33,451 bases of DNA, from NCBI GenBank assembly GCA_013115145.1, contig JAAPAO010000392.1, positions 1 to 33,451 of the forward strand. The letters run 5' to 3'. A program made the translations under genes and the position numbers. Shown piece after piece: positions 32,481 to 33,451 of the stretch (the stretch's first letter is position 1; each line of letters begins with the position of its first letter). The notes under the pieces are model-generated. The model did no database searches, had not been told where the DNA came from, and saw nothing but the letters and a program-made list of their open reading frames with translations. Source of the DNA: Perkinsus chesapeaki ATCC PRA-425 (taxonomy: Eukaryota > Protista > Perkinsozoa).

Positions 32481-33451
32481 TCATACCGCCACTGAAGTGG
32501 TGGGGCTCACGGCAGCATCTTCCTCTGACGCTCCAGAATGAATGTCCGTAGCGTGATCATCGGAAGAATGATCGTCGACTGTTGTTGCTGGCTTCTCAAC
32601 CTTGGTAGCATGCTTTCTATGATACTTTCTATCGAACTCAGCCTCAATCTCCTCGAAGGATTTGCCCTTAGTCTCGGGGATGAAGAACAGAACGAAGAAG
32701 ATCATGACCAGGCAGATGAAACCGAAACTCCAGAAGACACCTTGGTAGGTAATGGCCTTCCTGTAGGCATCCAAGCACATGGTGACAATGAATGCAAAGA
32801 GCCAGTTAACAGCAGTGGCGATGGCGGCAGCGTTACCTCTCACCTCGTTGGGGAAGATTTCGGACATAATAAGCCACGGAATCGGACCGACACCGAGAGA
32901 GAAGAATGCAATGTAGCAGTAAGCTGAAGCCAAGGCCAACCAACCGACGTTGGTCAATCCGGTGACATCCTGGAGGTAGAAGAAGAGACCCAACATCCAG
33001 GCAGATATGCACATACCAGTTGCAGCAGCAACAAGAAGCACTCTTCTGCCAGCGAGATCCATAATGCAGCAAGCAATGAAAGTAACTCCGACTTGAATGG
33101 CCATAGTTACCAGAGCCATAGTTTGCATATTGCTGATACCGGCAGCCTGGAAAATACTGGTCTGATAGAAGATGACGGCATTGATACCAGACAACTGCTG
33201 GCAGATCTGCAATACAACCCCGATGACAACCTGAATCCAGTACTTGCGTAGACCGGCCATTGCATCATCGAAGCGCTGCTTCCTAGTCTGTCCAGCCTTG
33301 GCCTTCTGAGCCTCAACAGTTACCTCATAAGCCTTCAGCTCCTCAACAACATCCGGATCATTCTCATCAGTGCCGTGGAGCCTCAATAACACTTTCTTAG
33401 CAGCATCCAAACCACGGTGCTCAGCGAGCCAACGAGGAGACTCGGGGACAA
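32481..33451 (-). CDS. MFS sugar porter copy 6, 3' part only (5' half beyond the window end)
   Basis: The frame is open to the window edge (VPESPRWLAEHRGLDAAKK...). Contains QQLSGINAVIFY, GPIPW and PETKG. The ORF-track start at 33410 is an artefact. Confidence 0.95.
   Translation of the reverse strand, partial: VPESPRWLAEHRGLDAAKKVLLRLHGTDENDPDVVEELKAYEVTVEAQKAKAGQTRKQRFDDAMAGLRKYWIQVVIGVVLQICQQLSGINAVIFYQTSIFQAAGISNMQTMALVTMAIQVGVTFIACCIMDLAGRRVLLVAAATGMCISAWMLGLFFYLQDVTGLTNVGWLALASAYCYIAFFSLGVGPIPWLIMSEIFPNEVRGNAAAIATAVNWLFAFIVTMCLDAYRKAITYQGVFWSFGFICLVMIFFVLFFIPETKGKSFEEIEAEFDRKYHRKHATKVEKPATTVDDHSSDDHATDIHSGASEEDAAVSPTTSVAV

Noticed and set aside
18824-33316. Many 60-200 aa ORFs overlapping the transporter genes (e.g. 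19102-19512, 30872-31459, 32538-32927)
   Set aside because: These are antisense or alternate-frame shadows of biased codon usage, and they recur in each copy only because the host gene is duplicated.

Overview
This is eukaryotic, gene-dense protist DNA, not prokaryotic. Short (~40-80 nt) GT-AG introns, very short intergenic gaps, AG acceptors just upstream of start codons and an intronless sugar-transporter array point to a Perkinsus-like alveolate; this is an inference and no search was run. The window has three zones. (1) 1-12 kb holds a 31-bp tandem repeat, then intron-rich housekeeping genes: an ankyrin protein, VKOR, tRNA-Ala(AGC), a TMTC-type O-mannosyltransferase/TPR protein, a 2-methylcitrate synthase ending in a PTS1-type SRL, a small 2-TM protein, a ribosome-recycling-factor-like protein and some hypotheticals. 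(2) 12.8-17.3 kb holds three tandem, intronless paralogs of a family I do not recognise, probably secreted: one intact, one with an out-of-frame leader and one mosaic pseudogene. (3) 18.4-33.4 kb holds a head-to-tail array of at least six intronless GLUT6/8-like sugar porters on the minus strand, in two subgroups, with patchwork gene-conversion tracts and conserved spacer motifs. Exon boundaries were assembled by eye, and most ORF-track entries are exon fragments or antisense shadows.
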